Positions 25,546 through 37,112 of a stretch of 64,000 nt of DNA are shown in pieces; the first letter of the stretch is position 1; each line of letters begins with the position of its first letter. The position numbers and the translations under genes are program-made. Source of the DNA: Chiloscyllium plagiosum. Taxonomy: Eukaryota. Location: assembly GCF_004010195.1 (NCBI RefSeq), contig NC_057719.1, positions 22,188,896 to 22,252,895 of the forward strand. Direction: 5' to 3'. Under the pieces are notes generated by a model. The model saw only the letters and a list, made by a program, of their open reading frames with translations. It was not told the DNA's origin and ran no database searches.

Positions 25546-26849
25546 AGAATATTAATTGTTTTGTGAAAAAGTTTATTTGTTCTGTAAGGAGGTAGTTAAC
25601 ACTTTCTAAAGGAGCTTCTTCAATTGACCTGATGCCAGTTTGTGATGTTCTAGGAAATGTATTAGGGTCCAGCATCTTAGGGATGAAATTAATGAAAGCA
25701 ATTGAAAAGAAGTGGAATATTAGTTTATCAATATTAATTTGATATATTTTCTAACTCTCAAAAAAGAATAAGAAGTTTGATCAGAAAGGTTGGAGCAGAA
25801 CAAAAAAAAATCAAAGTGGGATCACCGACATAAAGTATCGATGATCAACTACAACAGGGGATTTGCAGCATTTGTTAGGACAGTGGGTGTTGAATATGCA
25901 CTACTTTATTCCAAGAAAAATAAGGACTTCACTACTGAATGAAGGCTGAAGAGGTTTGAAATTATGCAAATCTCTCAGCATCTCACATTTCCAGTCAGTG
26001 AACTATAATCAGACATGAAGCAAACCTCTTTAAAGAATAGAACAATTAATTGAAGAGAAAGTATCCAGAACAGATTTATAAAGAGCAGCTAATTGAAATG
26101 CCCAGCACTCCAGGGAGCAATAATGATTGACAGAAAGATCCTATAAGCATGAATCTGCTGATCTGGCTAGATCAGACGCCAAGGGCAGAATTTTATCACC
26201 CTTGTCCCTGCCATAACAGCAGGACCATCCTTGGGTCAGGATTTATGCATTTAGCCATTACTCTTAACCAGAGCAAACCAATTGTCAGCCTGTCTCTAGA
26301 TTTCCCAACCAATTAGACAGGGCATGCGAGATGATGTGTCTATTCTGTCAACAAAAATGTAAATCAAAAATCTTTCAATATTCTTACACCAAAAATATAA
26401 AGAGGGTCAACCTTTCCACAGCTTGTTCTTCAGCTCTGAAGTATTCAAACAAGTGTCTGTCCATTTAAAATGCAATCCAGTTTTTTTAAAATTTCTGTTG
26501 CATAGTCTTATCTTACTTTGAAATATGTTTGAATCTTTGTTTAATTTATTTTTTATACAGCTGCTGGGTGTCAGCTTCATGACAATTTCAAATGTAAATT
26601 TTTCTACCTACTAATTTGCTTCTGGTTGTTAATTAGACATTGTCATTTCCTTCCTATGGGGCACCTTAGTTTAGATTACATACTCTGCTAGTTGATCTCA
26701 CATTTTCAACCTTTTGCTTCTGATTGAATACTTCTTCCTTGTAAGTTTTAATTTTAACTAAATGTTTGAACTGTAAAGAGTGTTTTTAAATTCTGTGTAT
26801 TTTCCTTTAGCTCTTCGAGCCTCTCTTGTTTCTCTTCTATTTATTTCAT

Positions 26850-27540
26850 TCATCTACTCACGCAGAGCCTTAGATTATCACAATCCTACCAAATCTACTA
26901 ATCTTTCTTCATATCTTTTATGACCATTGTACAAGTGAATCCCAGCTGCACTGTTGCACCTGTACATGCCATCATTACATGACAGGTATCCATTCCTTTC
27001 AGAGGGTCAACTTCCTTGATACATTACTTGTTAACTAAATTCTCCATGGTCGAACCCTTCCAATAATTTGCTCGTTGTGTCAATTTACTCAATCTCCTAC
27101 ATTGTCTCACTAATCTGTAGTGTCCATGTGCCTTAATCTTTCCTTACAGCTTCTTATACTGGACCTTCATGAATTCTTTCATGTCCACTGGTTCTCCCAA
27201 ATCTCTTAGTTACATCTGCAAACACTCCTATTAGTTGGTGAAGCATGATTTCCCTTTCATAAACTCATGCTGATTTTGTTTAATCCAGTTCATGTTTTGC
27301 AAGTGAACTGTCTATATAATCTTGTACATTTCCCTGCACTGGTGTTAAGGTAACCGATCTGTAATCCTCTGTCCTTCCTTTTTAAATAGTGAGGTTATGT
27401 TTCCCATCCTCCAACCTGTAGAAACTACTTCAGAATCTATTCCATTTTGGAAGGTGATCAGTTATACTTGCAAAATTTCTCACTTCCTTTAGTCCTTCTC
27501 ATCCTGTTCATCATTAAATGCCTTCTCAAACATTCCACCT
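26850..27540 (-). mobile_element. Old CR1 RT fragments
   Basis: Degenerate matches to CR1 RT (gaagcatgatttccctttcataaa..catgctga = reverse complement of the QHGF region). Confidence 0.6.
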
Positions 27541-29664
27541 AAATTAATCAAATGATTTTTTCATTTTCATTGTAGGCAATATCAGTGGGAGCTACGGAAG
27601 CTGTTTGTGTTGCACCCAGAGAGAGGCCTAGGATTGCTAAGGAACCCAGCCAGTAGTTGACCTTTGAAGAAGTGGACCAGATGAAGTGGAGGCTATGGGG
27701 TGGGGCTATGGAGATGATGATGAAGGAAAGGGCAGGAATAATGGTTCTCAGAAGCCAACCCATTCTATCCTGATGCTGGGTTTTCTGATATGGCATTTTG
27801 TGCCTTTTAACAAGAGTTGCCCCCACACTGTCTCCATGGATGTCCATGGTTAGTATTTTGACTTCTTATGGGACAACCTGTTTCCCTATCTGGCACAGAA
27901 TTCTAGAAGCAGTGAAATAAGATCCTCAAATAGGCATTTATTGTTGACTAAAGAGCCTTAACTGGTGGCAGAGATATCACTGAGACTTCCCATCCCTGAA
28001 ATAAGTGAGACAGAGATGGAAAGATGTTGGGATCCTCATCAGGCATCTTCCTGCCTGGTTAAACTGCCTGGTCTCCAGTCTTGTATTGGTTTTGTTCAAC
28101 CTCTTCCCCTAAACATTTTCTTCACACTTTTACAGCTATATTCTGATCTTTTAACATTTATTGTTGTTTAAGTAGCTCATTAGCTGATTGGCAACCCCAT
28201 TAAAGGATTATTGTTCCAGATGTTTTGTGATTGGCTTCAATTTATTATTTTTAAAATCAGAAGTCATTGCTTAAACAAGATATTGTTTACACCCCTTGAG
28301 CGGCAGACTGATATTCCATTGTAGTACAGAGTCATTGTTGCATTAGCAGAGGATCCAATCCTTTGGTGTCTACACTTAGCAGGATATTAAATTCCCATGG
28401 CATTATTGGAAGAAAAGCAGTGAGTTTTGATCATTTATTCTCTCAATTGACACTAAGCACAACTAGCTTTATGTTTCACCTATTATTGGAATTATGTAGA
28501 TTTAGAGCGGCTACATACTTCCCATCATCACAATGTCTATTATTTTCAACGGTGTTGGTTCTGCATTTTGGTAAGCTTGTGAAAAAAACACAGGAAACAC
28601 TTTTTTGGAAAATCATATACCTTCATGTTCATGGTCTGCACAAACCCAGTGATGTATGGATCAGTAGGAAAATAGACCATCAAAGCCTCACTAGATGAAG
28701 AAAATAAACAGTATATTTTATCCCTAGTCACTTCATATAAAAACAAGATTATATGGCATGACATCTTTCTATCATAATCATACATTCTGATATTTGTGTT
28801 ATGCAAACAATGACATCTGATGCCTTCACCTGCATAAACACTGGGACAGGATAACATGTTAACACTTGTGATATCATCAGCATTTACCCTCTTTTTGTGG
28901 TCAACACAAAAAAATCCTTTTAAACTTTTACATATTGTTTTTGAAACTGTAAAGATTCAGCAAATAAGTGACAAGTGAATATTAACCTCAGATACATCTG
29001 ATAAGTTTCAGGATTAGTATATATTGTTTATTCAATGATCACACCTTCGCTACGCAGGTCCCACAGCATACAATCACTGTTTCACAGGAGCTCTTGAAGT
29101 GAGTCAAGGAAACATTAAACAGACTATCCTTCATCTTAACAAATGGCTCCAACGGACTGATGAAATGTGAGAGACAATACAGGAAATGGGATCAAACTCT
29201 ATTTTGCTAGGGTTGTATAAATATTTACTTCCCTCCTTCATCGTACCATAGACCTAGAAGCTGCTCAAAATAACAAAAGCATTTAGGTTCACCTATCTAG
29301 GACAGTATACTCATCACAGAACTCTTCATCTCAATCTATAGGATCTTGTTAGGTTTTGGAGTGAAGCTGAAAAATGATGTACTCTCTCTGTTCCGATCAA
29401 TAACCTGGAAGTTCATTTCTGATTGACAACACTCATCAGTCATGCTATGTCGGTCTCCAACATGATGTATGAATCAAAAGACTGACAATTATTGAGAAAG
29501 CTATTGGGATTCATAATGCATCAAGATCTCTCAAACCTCAAAACAATTCAAAATTGCAACAGGATTGTGATCTTTGGTACAAAAAATTAGAACTGACAGG
29601 TCTGAAAGGTTTTACATTGAGGAGTGCCTTAAACACTGCTCACTCTAAAGCTATCATGTGGACG

Positions 29665-29997
29665 TATGTGGACATAATCAAAGACCCCTCCCAGCCCAGT
29701 TATACTCTCTTCCACTCTTTTCTTTCAGGCGGAAGATATAAAAGTTTGTATACACAGATGATTGATTCAAGACAAGCTTCTTCCCTGCTGTTTTAGATGT
29801 CTGAATGGACCTATCAAATTTTAAATTTAATCTTGATCTCACTCTTTATGCACTCTCTCTGCAGCCGTAACATTGTATTCTTCGCTCTGTTCTGTTACAC
29901 TGATGCACTTTGTAATGTGTGATCTGCCTGTACTGCACACAAAACAAAACCTTTCGCTGTACCTCAGTACATGTGACAATAGTAAATCAAATCAAAT
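29665..29997 (+). mobile_element. Rex1/Babar LINE 3' end
   Basis: IIKDPSQPSYTLFHSFLSGGRYKSL..SFFP C-terminal motif; tail (aaatc)n. Confidence 0.75.
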
Positions 29998-31758
29998 TAT
30001 GAACAGAATGGGTTGGAACTTCAAAAGAGTAAGACCTGATATCAAGGTGTTCCTTATAGTGTTACAGACAATTTCTGTCTTAAAAATGTAACCTGTAACT
30101 GATTGCTCACAAGCAATAAAGTAATTCTTCTATAAAATAGCTCTTTCTATTTAAACCAGCAAGTAGTCTACCTCCAAGATCCTGACATCTAATAAAGATG
30201 GTGGCAGCAAGTATATCCGCGATGAGGTGCAAACTTGGTTTTACAATGCATACAACAGCCGGGATACATGCCTGCTGGATTTGCAGACTTATCCACAGAA
30301 GCAACATTTGACCTCATGCACCCTTTAAGATCTGTCTCTTTTGCCACTTGGCTTGTTCAGTTGAGCTTTATAACCAAAGACAAAGTCAAAAAATTGCAGG
30401 AAATTAAAATAGTGATCACACCCTCAAAGCGATGAGGCACATCATGCAAACTTTGGATGTCAGAATAAAGCAAGTGCCAGTTGTGTTCTGTTATCTGCCA
30501 CGATGTGTTCAGGAATGGTTGAGATCATCTCACTCTCTAATGAACAATGTGGGTGAAAATTCCAGGAGTATGAGATAGATTTTTCAAAGTTTGGTTCTGT
30601 AATAATAACAGTCAGCTCTGAATGTTCTGAAAGAAATTATTCATCCACATCAAATTGAAATATTTTTGTCACAGTCCAATTACATAAGTATATTCAGGTT
30701 GTGATTGATGTGTTTGTTTTTGGGAATAATTTAGATTTAGTGTAACAATCTTTATCACAGCTGTGGGTTGAAGAAGGGTGAGAAGGTTAACTAGTAATTG
30801 ACCATTTTATTGCTGTATCTAATAGTTTAGATAATAATCAACATAGGAAGCTCAGCAACGAAAATGGAATAGACTTTCTGATTCTGAGAATCATTGTATT
30901 AATATTAATCTGATCCAAGCAACAGTTAGACAGTACTAAATCTAATCACTTAAATAAAGCCCCATTTCTAACAATATTATTCGTTCTGAACTAAGTAAAT
31001 ACTTCTATCAAAGTTCTGATGTGTGAGAAGTATTTAATAGCAGCATACCATATTATTTGCTTCAATTCTTTCTTTTTAAACTTTTTTTTGCTGATCCATT
31101 TTATTAAAAACATTATGGATCAGCTTTCAATTATTTTGTTTTGTGAAATTTTATTCTGTACTCCGAAAGATTCTAAATGGGGAGATCAAGTTGTAGCAGC
31201 TTTTCTAAACTAATGAAGTTAAATCACACACAATGGCTATGATTAATATTATCCATCCTTCTATGCTGTTTTCGTAGGCAGCTACCCCAATTCCTAAAAT
31301 AGGTTGGTTACTACATGGAGGGAGGATATTTGGCTCATTGAGATCATGCTAGATCTCAGCAATTAATTATCTATGTCCTTTTGTAAACCCTTTAAACCTC
31401 CTCACAACTGTCTGCCTAGCGTCATGCCATTAGGACATTTGGAAACATTACCAATCTCTTCATCTACCTCACTTATACATTGTAAATAGCCAGGCCCTAC
31501 TGTTCATTGCTCATCAGCAATAGCCTACTGACATGAAAATGACCCATTTTTTGTACGCTCTCTTCTCTGTCTTTTAGCTAATCCTTTATCCATTATTAAC
31601 GATTACTCCCAACGTATCTTTTGCACATCATATTAAAAATCCAAACACCCTACATCCACTGATTTTCCTTTATCCAAATATTCATTACATCCACATTAAA
31701 CAAACATTCACAAACTTATCAAGGATCATTTCAATTATAGAAATCCATGTTTACTCTA

Positions 31759-31930
31759 GGAGAAAGTGAGGACTGCAGATGCTGGAGATCAGAGTCGAGA
31801 ATGTGGTGCTGAAAAAGCACAGCAGGTCAGGCAGCATCTGAGGAGCAAGAGAATCGACATTTCAGGCATAAGCCCTTCATCAGGACATTCTTGATGCTGC
31901 GTGACCAGCTGTGCTTTTCCAGCACCACAC
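31759..31930 (-). mobile_element. PLE family A insertion with hammerhead (31854-31885) and inverted 5' piece
   Basis: TSD tccatgtttactct (31744-31757) / tccatgtttattct (31931-31944); UC-CUGAUGA-AGGGC-UUAU-GCCU-GAA-AUGU-C-GA. Confidence 0.85.
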
Positions 31931-32255
31931 TCCATGTTTATTCTGCCTAATCATAATACTATTTCCTGAGTATACAGCTAACATTTCAACAGGTTCCAAC
32001 CTGATCACTGATGTCAAGTTAACTGGTCTGTAATTCATTGTTTTCTCACTCATTCTTCCCCCCCCCCCCTGCATTTTCTAGAGGTACTACATTTGCCAAC
32101 TTCCACTACATGGGCACAATTCTGGAATCTATAAAATTTTAGGTCACAGTTAATACATTTACTATCTCTCTCCTAAAATTTTTTTGAACATAGAATGTAG
32201 GCCATTAGGTCCAGAATACCAATCTGTTTTTAGTTCCATTTAGTATCTCAAGTAT

Positions 32256-32558
32256 GGGCGGCACGGTGGCTCGGGGGTTAGCATTGCTGCCTCACAGCAC
32301 CAGGATCCCAGGTTTGATTCCAGCCTCAGGTGACTGTCTGTGTGGAGTTTGCACATTCTCCCCGTGTCTGCATGGGGGTGCTTTGGTTTCCTCCCACAGT
32401 CCAAAGGTCAGGTGAATTGGCCATGCTAAATTGCCCATAGTGTTAGGTGCATTAGTCAGAGGGAAATGGGTCTGGGTGGGTTACTCTTCGGAGAGTCATT
32501 GTGGACTGGTTGGGCTGAAGGGCCTGTTTCCACACTGTGGGGAATCTAATCTAATCTA
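32256..32558 (+). mobile_element. HE1-like SINE
   Basis: SINE consensus with small internal deletions. Confidence 0.9.
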
Positions 32559-33086
32559 CTTTTTCTCTATTGATAATAATTATTTTAAGTTCCTCACTTA
32601 CATTAGTTCTAGTGAAGGCAATTATAAAACCTTTCATTTAATATCTCAATGATTTCCTTAGTCTACATCATAATTTTTCCTTCCTGAGCCTCTAAGGAAC
32701 CCATGCTCACTTGCCTTAACCTCATTCATTCCACATACTTATTGGAACTCTTAAAATCTGTTTATATGGTTCTGGTTGGTTACTCACATATTCTCTGCCT
32801 GTATCAAATTTTTGGCCAAATTTTGTTGGGACTCAAACTTTCCCAGACCTCAAGCTTATTATATCTTCTTGAAAATATTGTAAGCCTCTTAATACCAGCC
32901 TTTGCTTTTGTTAGATAGCCATGATGGATTTCTTTTTTCCACATGGAGTTCTTTTTCTGTGAAAGGTACATGCATTGAGAACTGTGAAATATTAACTTAA
33001 ATGTTCATTGTTGCTCATCTATTATCATACATTTCAATCAAATTTTCGACTGCACCTTAGCTAGCTCATTCCTCATACCAATGTTA

Positions 33087-33700
33087 GTCATAGAGTCATA
33101 CAGCATGGCAACAGACCCTTCAGCCCAACCAGTCCATGTAGACCATGTTCCAAAACTAAACTCGTCGCACCTGCCTGTGCTTGGCCCATATCCTTCCAAA
33201 CTTTTCCTATTCATGAACTTATCCAAATGTCTTTTAAATGTGGTAGCTGTACACGCGGCCACCACTTCCTCTGGCAGTTCATTCCATGTATACGGACCAC
33301 TCAGTGTGTAAAAACATTGCCCCTCTTGTCCTTTTTAAATCTTTCTCCTCTCATCTTAAAAATATGCCCCCTACTTTTGAACTACCCACCCTAGGGAAAA
33401 GACCTTTGTCATTCACCTTCTCTGTGTCCCTTATGATTTTATAAACATCAATAAAGTCACCCCTCAGCCTCCTACACTCGGTGAAAATATTTATTCCTGT
33501 CTATTTTTATATCTCAAACCCTCCATTCCTGGCAACATCCTGATCATTTTTTTCTGAACCCTCTCCAGTTTAATAATATCCTACCTGTAACAGGTGAACA
33601 AAACTGCACATAGTACTCCAGAAGAGGCCTCACCAATGTCCTGTACAACCTTAACATGATGTCCCAACTCCTGTACTCAAAGATCTGAGCAATAAAGGCA
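33087..33700 (-). mobile_element. CR1 3' fragment
   Basis: EYRSWDIMLRLYRTLVRPLLEY; tail gtcatagagtcata. Confidence 0.88.
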
Positions 33701-34011
33701 GCCTTTGATCTTGTACATGCATATAAAAGACATGATTCCACTCAATCATATAATGGTCACTCTTTTTGAACAGATCCCTTCCTATGAGATTACTAGTTAA
33801 CTCCATCACATTGTAAATACAAGAGCTAAAATAGCCTAATCCCTGGTTGATTCCATAATTACTATTCTCAAAGTTTGTCTCAACTGCTTTCTATGAACTT
33901 CAAATAGTTGTTACCATCTGATTTGTTGAGTGTAAAAAGCAATGACTACATAATGGTTGCATTATTTATATTTCAACCTTCTCTTATTGCTTATTTAAAA
34001 CTTTTTCCAAT

Positions 34012-35097
34012 TTGTGTCACAAGAATCAGAAGTGGGTCCACTGCTCTTTATCATTTATACAAATGATTTCGATGAGAACATAGGAGAGACAGTTAGTAAC
34101 TTTGCAGATGACACTAAAATAGGTGCTGTGGAGGACAATGAAGAAGTTTATTTCACAGTACAATGGGACCTTGATCAGATTGGCCTATGGGCCGAGGAGT
34201 AGCAGACAGAATTTTATTTAGATAAATGTGAGGTCTTATTACATTGTGGTAAGGCAAACCAGGGCAGGTCGGGCCCTGGGGAGTGTTGCTAAACAAAAAG
34301 ACCTAGGGGTGCAAGTGCACAGTTCTTTGAACGTGCAGTCACAGAGGGTAGTGAAGAAGGCATTATAGAATAAAGGCTCCCTAACAATAGAGTCATAGTC
34401 ATACAGCACAGAACCAGGCATTCCAATCAGATCTCGTCCCATTTGCCAGTATTTGGCCGATATCCCTCTAAGCTCTTCCTATTTGTATACCCATCCAGAT
34501 GTCTTTTAAATGTTGTACTTGTACCAGCCTCCACCACTTCCTCTGACAGCTCGTTCCTTGCTTGCACCATGCTTGCCTTCATTGATCATAACATTGAGTA
34601 TAGGAGTTGGGATGTCATGTGAAGGGTGTACTTTTGGAATACTGTGTACAATTCTGATTGCCCTTCATTAAGAAGGATATTGTTAAACTTGATATGGTGC
34701 AGAAAATATTAAAAAGAATGTTGCAGGGACTGGAAGGTTTGAGCTATAGGGAAAGGCTGAATAAACTGGGGCTTTTATCCCTAGAATGTCAGAGACTCAG
34801 GGTTGCCTTTACCAAATATTATAAAATCATGAAGGGCATGGATAGGGTGAATAACCAAGTTCTTTTTCCTAGAGTGTGAGTGAGGATCTGAGGGGTAATC
34901 TTTATATGCAGAGGGTGGTGCATATAAGGAACGAGCTGGCAGAGGAAGTGGTGGAGGCTGGTACAATTGCAACATTTAAAAGGCATCTGGATGGGTATAC
35001 AAATAGGAAGAGCTTAGAGGGATATGGGCCAAATACTGGCAAATGGGACGAGGTCTGATTGGGATGCCTGTTTCTGTGCTGTATGACTATGACTCTA
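34012..35097 (+). mobile_element. CR1 RT/3' fragment with nested inverted CR1 3' end (34385-34565)
   Basis: VGPLLFIIYTND..FADDTKIG, LEGLSYRERLNKLGLLSLE; tail ctatgactcta. Confidence 0.85.
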
Positions 35098-35364
35098 CTA
35101 TTATGGAGCCTTTATTCTATAATCTATTCCAACCAAAGTTTTCTGACCTTTGTTATTCCCTGTTTCCACCCAAATAGGTTCTACCTCCTACTGTTAGCTG
35201 AACCAATGTCCCTCTACATAACATTGCTTAGATTATCAATTATTATTTCCCCTTTTTTTGTTTGCCCATTCAAAATTTCAAGTGCCTTTGATTATTTAAT
35301 TACCAGATTTGGGTCCAAATAAATGTAAGGACTTTGAAATCATATCTATTTATCTCTATTTAGT

Positions 35365-35682
35365 GGGTGGCACGGTGGCACAGTGGCTAGCACTGCTGCC
35401 TCACAGCGCCAGAGACCTGGGTTCAATTCCCGCCTCAGGCGACTGACTGTGTTGAGTTTGCACGTTCTCCCTGCGTCTGCGTGGATTTCCTCCGGGTGCT
35501 CCAGTTTCCTCCCACAGTCCAAAAATGTGCAGGTCAGGTGAATTGGCCATGCTAAATTGCCAGTAGTGTTAGGTAAGGGGTAAATGTAGGGGTATGGGTG
35601 GGTTGCGCTTCGGCAGGTCGGTGTGGACTTGTTGGGCCAAAGGGCCTGTTTCCACACTGTAAGTAATCTAATCTAATCTAAT
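35365..35682 (+). mobile_element. HE1-like SINE
   Basis: Full-length SINE consensus features. Confidence 0.92.
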
Positions 35683-35818
35683 TTGTGGCATTATTTCATC
35701 TATCATTTTATGACTTGTCCATATATTCAGAGAAAAGCCCATTAATTTGAACGGTTTATTCAATTTTTTTTTTACCTGATTTGAGCTTACACTCTGCACT
35801 AATACCATCGAACTCTTT

Positions 35819-36013
35819 TGTTGTGATTGAAACGAGATTGGTCAGGTGGATCTCATTGAGAATGAGTTCCTGACTGGGGCTGACAGATAGAAACAGGAGT
35901 CACGGGATTCTCCTCAGTCGAGGGGTTGGTTCTGAGCTAGCTGGTCAGAGTCCATGCATCGAAAAGTAAAGGAAGACTTGGTAATAAAATACTGGCCCCA
36001 TGGAGTTATTTCA
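35819..36013 (+). mobile_element. Solo LTR (TG...CA)
   Basis: TG..CA termini; 4-bp TSD cttt (35815-35818, 36014-36017); two other copies in the window. Confidence 0.7.
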
Positions 36014-36345
36014 CTTTTCTTCTGCCCTGTCACATACTGCTTGTCTTTGAGCTTTACAGGGTTTAACAAATCTTTCATGTTTGATATCATTGATTTTTCC
36101 ATTAGATTAGTAAAGTTCTTCTCAGCTGAATTCTCCTCATCCTTTTAAGTTCAAGATAAATCTGTAGCTGTAGTCGTATGATTTTCCAGGAGATTCATCT
36201 GAGTCTGATTTAAGTGAGGCCCATCTCAAAGGAACAGTTCCCTTTTTCCCTGCATGTGATACCATTACTGGTGAATCAAATATCCTATCTCTCAAACTTC
36301 TTTTCTTCAGACATGTGTTTGCATTTCTGATCTATTTTACACTGC

Positions 36346-36470
36346 AGGCAAAAGTGAGGAATGCAGATGCTGGAAATCAGAGTCTACATTAGAGTGGTGC
36401 TGGAAAAGCACAGCTGGTCAGGCAGCATCTGAGGAACAGGAAAATCGACGTTTCGGGCAAACTGATGAAG
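36346..36470 (-). mobile_element. PLE family A pLTR fragment
   Basis: ggcaaaagtgaggaatgcagatgctgg...aatcgacgtttcgggc. Confidence 0.8.
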
Positions 36471-37112
36471 ACCTATTTTGCACCATGTCTGCTTGTGTGT
36501 GCCTGAGGTAGTATTCCAATGATTATTGTTGAGTTTCTATTTCTTCATTTGGACCCAGCTCTTTGGCTTCATCAGATGAACCTCACTTCTCATTCCACTG
36601 ACATTGTTGGTCCAAGGACCACAATTAGGTGTACCCCACCTCAATGAAAAGCTCCAAGTTCTCCAGCCACACAGAGATGTAATTGATCCGAACACTGAGC
36701 AGACAGTTCAGACTTTGGAACTTCCAATCATATGTGCATATCTGTCCCCCTATATTTGCTGTCCCTTATGACTATTACATTTCTTTGTACCACCCCAAAT
36801 GGAATGGTATTCAGCATAGTGGTACAGTGTTGCCCTCCTTGTAGCTTTTGCCCTTATCCATCCAGTCAGCAGGTGCTAATATCCTTTAAACAGGGCAAAG
36901 TCTGAGGCTCCACCAGCACATTATCTGGAGGTTCAATTCTCTTTCTGACTTCCAATCACTTTTTTACATGCTCCTACCAATGCCTTCTAGGTATATGTTC
37001 CTTAAGGGTTAGTGTGGTCTAGGGTGGATGAGAAAAGGTACCTTTGGTGTATGACAATAGGATGTAGTTTATTGCAGCTTTACAACTATTTACATTTTGT
37101 GATAGAGACTCA

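Larger units (their letters stand above)
31300..36980 (-). mobile_element. Ancient CR1 fragmented by nested younger insertions
   Basis: Collinear degenerate CR1 pieces (NYRPVNLTSVI at ~32000-32040; APE/ORF1-like remnants at 35100-36900) separated by PLE, SINE, CR1 and LTR insertions. Confidence 0.55.

Noticed and set aside
27576..27700. Acceptor-like site followed by a short frame
   Set aside because: No convincing donor, frames close quickly, and it appears to lie in a decayed DNA-transposon-like segment.
28383..28425. 37-nt micro-exon (cag|GATATT..GCA|gtgagt)
   Set aside because: It overlaps a degenerate Deu-SINE domain, so the splice-like signals are probably incidental.
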